Positions 60,707 to 64,000 of a stretch of DNA of 64,000 nucleotides are shown here, one piece after another (the stretch's first letter is position 1; every line of letters begins with the position of its first letter). Made by a program: the position numbers and the translations under genes. Source of the stretch: an uncultured Candidatus Saccharibacteria bacterium. GTDB lineage: Bacteria > Patescibacteriota > UBA1384 > JAMDBS01 > CAYSHH01. Where the stretch lies: assembly GCA_964430945.1 (NCBI GenBank), contig CAYSHH010000004.1, positions 334 through 64,333 on the forward strand. The letters are read 5' to 3'. The notes beneath the pieces are model-generated. The model made no database searches, was not told the origin of the DNA, and saw only the letters and a program-made list of their open reading frames with translations.

Positions 60707-61282
60707 TTAGGTTTTCTTTTCTCTCATAATAAGATATCCGACAATTGTGCTTGCTACTAGAGCTAAAAGTAGATAAAACCAAATATTTGTACCGGTGGAG
60801 GCCAGTGAATTGATAGAGCTTATGTCAGATGATGCTCCTATTTCATTATCACCAACCATCATTGAATTCATATTTACATTTTCTTCAATAGTACTGGTTT
60901 GTCCTCCGATATCATATGTAATTCTATAGCCCTTGATTACTGGAGTATATTGAGAGGTGCTTTCTAGCTGAATTTTAAATTTAACACGATCGCTTTTTGT
61001 TATTTCACCAACACTATTTAGGTCAATCCTTCCATCACTAAGGCTAAGTGGGCCTGACCAAGTTTCAAAATTACTTTGATTACCAGTAAAGTAAAAATTT
61101 ATTGAAGAATTTTCGGGAATATAAACATCTATTGCTGTAAGTTCCAAAAAGTGCGCATTGTCTTCTCCCATTTCATTTGAAACATATAGTCCAGTGTTCA
61201 TTGGTACTGCATCGGCATGCGCTGTTTGAGAGAAAACCATCATACACATCATTCCAATAGTCATTATAAGAATTTTTTTCAT
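60707..61282 (-). CDS. Secreted protein with LPxTG-like C-terminal sorting signal
   Basis: Signal peptide ending AHA; LASTG, then TM, then REKKT. Confidence 0.75.
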   Translation of the reverse strand: MKKILIMTIGMMCMMVFSQTAHADAVPMNTGLYVSNEMGEDNAHFLELTAIDVYIPENSSINFYFTGNQSNFETWSGPLSLSDGRIDLNSVGEITKSDRVKFKIQLESTSQYTPVIKGYRITYDIGGQTSTIEENVNMNSMMVGDNEIGASSDISSINSLASTGTNIWFYLLLALVASTIVGYLIMREKKT

Positions 61283-61300
61283 ATTTTAATGTTTCCTTAA

Positions 61301-62329
61301 TTAATATCCAAATCCCATATTGAGTTTCTCGTAGCTATTGGTACCAGTAGATCGATAGTATCCAGCTCCGTCTGGCCCCGTTGCATTGTATAGATCGACC
61401 GGCACTTCAAAATGTTCGCCAGTAGAAGGTGAGTATGCATTTTCATATCCCATGATAGCTTCTCTATCTTTTTCGGCTACAGCTGCAATATCAGATCCAG
61501 AAGAGCCTTTATTATTATTTTCTTTATCGGGTCCATCTGCAGTAGAGTACAGACTTTTATTACATTTTATGGATACTGCTGAATCAAACACGATGGCACT
61601 ATTATCTTTCCATAAATTAGCTTCTATAATTCCAGACCTTATGGCAATAATATAATGAGAATCGGGCATTGTAAATGTAGTATAATATGAAAAACCTTTA
61701 ACAGGTTTCTTATTGAATATACCAGTCCAAAAAGCTAGTTTATAATTATTATCCATAGTATATGGCGAACTAGTGTATTTAAAATCAGAAATATTGTTTA
61801 ATGGAATGAAAAACGTTTGAATATATTTTTCAGGAGATGTGCCATCATATTCTAAACTTACTGCATTGGTTACTAATGCTAATAAATATGAAGCGCTCAT
61901 AGTTATATCATTTTTATATGTTTCACAAGCTATACTAAGTGCATCTTCTTTGGTTACCATTGTCCAATTATCAGGAAGATATCCTGAACAACCACCATCA
62001 CTTTTTTGTCGCATAGGGATTGTATTTGATGTCTGTGCTAGTTTGAGATTAGATTTATTATTTTGATTTTGGTTCTCAACTATTGGTGTCACCTTATATT
62101 GACTATCAATGCCAAGCCCTTTAATAATTAATCCTTTTGGATCAAAGTTTAGATTCTCCAAGCTACCGCTTGCCTCCCATTGTGATTGACTCTCGACGGC
62201 TATTGCCTTGACTTCACCTGAGGCAAATATTCCAAATTTTTTATTTTTATATGCCCAAGCGATAATCGAGATGCTAAAAATTAATACCACACTTATAATG
62301 CAATAAATTATTTTATGATTTTTATTCAT
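61301..62329 (-). CDS. Hypothetical membrane-anchored extracellular protein
   Basis: N-terminal TM, N/Q-rich linker, globular domain with Cys residues. Confidence 0.7.
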   Translation of the reverse strand: MNKNHKIIYCIISVVLIFSISIIAWAYKNKKFGIFASGEVKAIAVESQSQWEASGSLENLNFDPKGLIIKGLGIDSQYKVTPIVENQNQNNKSNLKLAQTSNTIPMRQKSDGGCSGYLPDNWTMVTKEDALSIACETYKNDITMSASYLLALVTNAVSLEYDGTSPEKYIQTFFIPLNNISDFKYTSSPYTMDNNYKLAFWTGIFNKKPVKGFSYYTTFTMPDSHYIIAIRSGIIEANLWKDNSAIVFDSAVSIKCNKSLYSTADGPDKENNNKGSSGSDIAAVAEKDREAIMGYENAYSPSTGEHFEVPVDLYNATGPDGAGYYRSTGTNSYEKLNMGFGY

Positions 62330-62349
62330 ATTTTGTATTTAATTATTTT

Positions 62350-62934
62350 TTATTGAGTTATCTGTCCAGTATCTAGACAGGTAATTGTTTTAATTTTCCA
62401 ACCATCCTCACCATTTATTAGTTCAAATTCCCATGGTGTTTGCCATTCGCCACCCCAACTGGCTTTAACTTTGACTATCGCTTCCATATTATCATAAATA
62501 TCCTCAGAAGCGATCTTAATCTCATCAGGACCCTGCTGGATACAAAGCGCTTGCGGTATGAAAGCACTATTATCCATTTTTTGTGCAAGTTCATAGCTCA
62601 CTAGGTCTTTGGCAGCTTCGTTGTCTAGCGAAGAGCCGGTAATCGTACCTACCGTATACCACAAGAAATCTTTGGCTACATCAGATGGTGGTAATTCAAA
62701 ATCACTATCCGTTGTTGCAACAGGTATAGGGTTGATATTTGATTTAGTACTTTCGCTTGCAGTAGGTGAAGGGCTTATACTTGCAATAGTATCTTTTGCT
62801 TTATCATACATATACCAGCAGCCAAATCCTGCAAGTCCAGCCAGGATGACAACTACAAGCAATACAATGATTACGATAAGTGCGGTATTTGAGCCACCTT
62901 GTTTTGGCGGTTCACCTTCTTTTTGAGTCGACAT
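62350..62934 (-). CDS. Hypothetical single-pass membrane protein
   Basis: TM, S/P/T-rich linker, C-terminal domain ending WKI--I; AGGAGG RBS. Confidence 0.75.
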   Translation of the reverse strand: MSTQKEGEPPKQGGSNTALIVIIVLLVVVILAGLAGFGCWYMYDKAKDTIASISPSPTASESTKSNINPIPVATTDSDFELPPSDVAKDFLWYTVGTITGSSLDNEAAKDLVSYELAQKMDNSAFIPQALCIQQGPDEIKIASEDIYDNMEAIVKVKASWGGEWQTPWEFELINGEDGWKIKTITCLDTGQITQ

Positions 62935-62961
62935 AATTCCCCTCCTTATTTTTTTGTATAT

Positions 62962-63948
62962 TTATCTCACAAGCCCAATTTTATCTTTTACATCATCCAA
63001 AGTTTTTCTAGCAATTACTCTTGCTTTTTTGGCACCTTCGGCAAGTATTTTATCTAAATAATCTTTGTCTTTAATAAGCTTATTGTATTTATCTTGTATT
63101 GGAGTCAAATTTTCAATAATTAAATTTGCCAGATCTTCTTTAAATTCCTTATATCCCTTACCAACATACTTTTTCTCAATATCTTGAGGTATCAAACCCG
63201 AAAATAAGCTGTAGATTGTCATTAGATTATATAATCCTGCACGTTTGGGGTCGAGATTAATTGTTTTTTCGGAGTCAGTTACTGCGCGAGAAATTTTTCT
63301 CTGAATATCTTCTGGTTTGTCTAACATAAGGATGTAATTATATTGACTGTCGGCAGTCTTTTCCATTTTCTTTTTGGGATCATCAAGTGCCATGATGCGA
63401 GCCCCAGAATCACGAAGAAGAACCTGTGGCAGTTTGAATAATTGACCATATCTATTGTTAAATCTTTTTGCAATATCGCGAGTAAATTCTACATGCTGAA
63501 TTTGGTCTTCACCTACCGGAACAAAATCAGTTTGATATAGGAGAATATCAGCAGCCATAAGAGCTGGGTAGTCGAAAAGTCCAACAGTAGATTTGTCGGC
63601 GCCACCTTTTTGAGTCTTGTCTTTATATTGGATCATTCTCCCAAGCTCACCCATATATGCGTGACAATTTATAATCCATGTAAGTTCTGCGTGCTCTGGA
63701 ATATGTGATTGAACAAAAAAACTAGCTTTCTTAGGGTCAAGACCTGATGCTATGTATAGCGCCAATATATTGTAAGTGCGATCATGCAGTTGTTTTGGAT
63801 CGTGTCCTACGGTGATAGCATGAAGATCGACGATACAGAATATACTTTCATACTGTTCGTATATTTTCACCCAATTTTCAATCGCCCCCAAATAATTACC
63901 AAGAGTCAATTCTCCAGACGGTTTAACACCAGAAAAAATTCGTTTCAT
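62962..63948 (-). CDS. trpS: Tryptophanyl-tRNA synthetase
   Basis: FSGVKPSG-LTLGNYLG, YPALMAADIL, VPVGEDQ-QH, AVTDS. Confidence 0.98.
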   Translation of the reverse strand: MKRIFSGVKPSGELTLGNYLGAIENWVKIYEQYESIFCIVDLHAITVGHDPKQLHDRTYNILALYIASGLDPKKASFFVQSHIPEHAELTWIINCHAYMGELGRMIQYKDKTQKGGADKSTVGLFDYPALMAADILLYQTDFVPVGEDQIQHVEFTRDIAKRFNNRYGQLFKLPQVLLRDSGARIMALDDPKKKMEKTADSQYNYILMLDKPEDIQRKISRAVTDSEKTINLDPKRAGLYNLMTIYSLFSGLIPQDIEKKYVGKGYKEFKEDLANLIIENLTPIQDKYNKLIKDKDYLDKILAEGAKKARVIARKTLDDVKDKIGLVR

Positions 63949-64000
63949 AATAGTACCTTTCTATATTATAATTTACCATAGGCCCATCCATATCTCAAGA

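Noticed and set aside
403-63981. Many 60-155 aa ORFs overlapping longer genes (e.g. 4425-4892+, 15506-15943+, 42286-42702+, 62609-62926+)
   Set aside because: Antisense or off-frame shadows of well-supported genes, with no motifs
1-64000. CRISPR array, integron attC array, retron/DGR
   Set aside because: No regularly spaced direct repeats, cas1/cas2, integron integrase or reverse transcriptase seen by eye; the Cas4-like gene stands alone

Overview
AT-rich, gene-dense bacterial DNA, consistent with genetic code 11. Gene content and protein style suggest a Patescibacteria/CPR genome (inference). Layout: (1) 1-7.3 kb, a minus-strand housekeeping run (GT2, flippase, folD, glyA, YbhB, GH1, desulfoferrodoxin, polysaccharide deacetylase). 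(2) 8.3-8.75 kb, a divergent tRNA cluster (Ser-GCT, Ser-TGA, Arg-GCG, Ser-CGA) followed by an accessory region: three tandem Nudix genes, a serine-recombinase C-terminal relic, rsgA, a fourth Nudix, MarR plus heterodimeric ABC exporter, D,D-carboxypeptidase, and a doubly disrupted divergent sirtuin-like gene. (3) 20.5-25.7 kb, a flippase/GT4/GT4/O-antigen-ligase-like operon. (4) 26.4-35.1 kb, a layered defence island: an HphI-like type IIS RM system (m5C MTase, m6A MTase, HNH nuclease) lying between apparent Type IIG RM relics, then a Cas4-like PD-(D/E)XK nuclease tightly linked to a Gabija pair. (5) 40-56 kb, a large polyprenol-phosphate-sugar/GT-C glycosylation locus with five GT-C-like proteins, an embedded serpin and an inverted glycoside hydrolase. 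(6) VanW, phosphomannomutase, an IMPase with an A8 frameshift, surface proteins (one with an LPxTG-like signal) and trpS with a non-canonical KMEKT motif. No CRISPR array, rRNA or intact transposase was seen. All family assignments come from motif recognition, not database searches.
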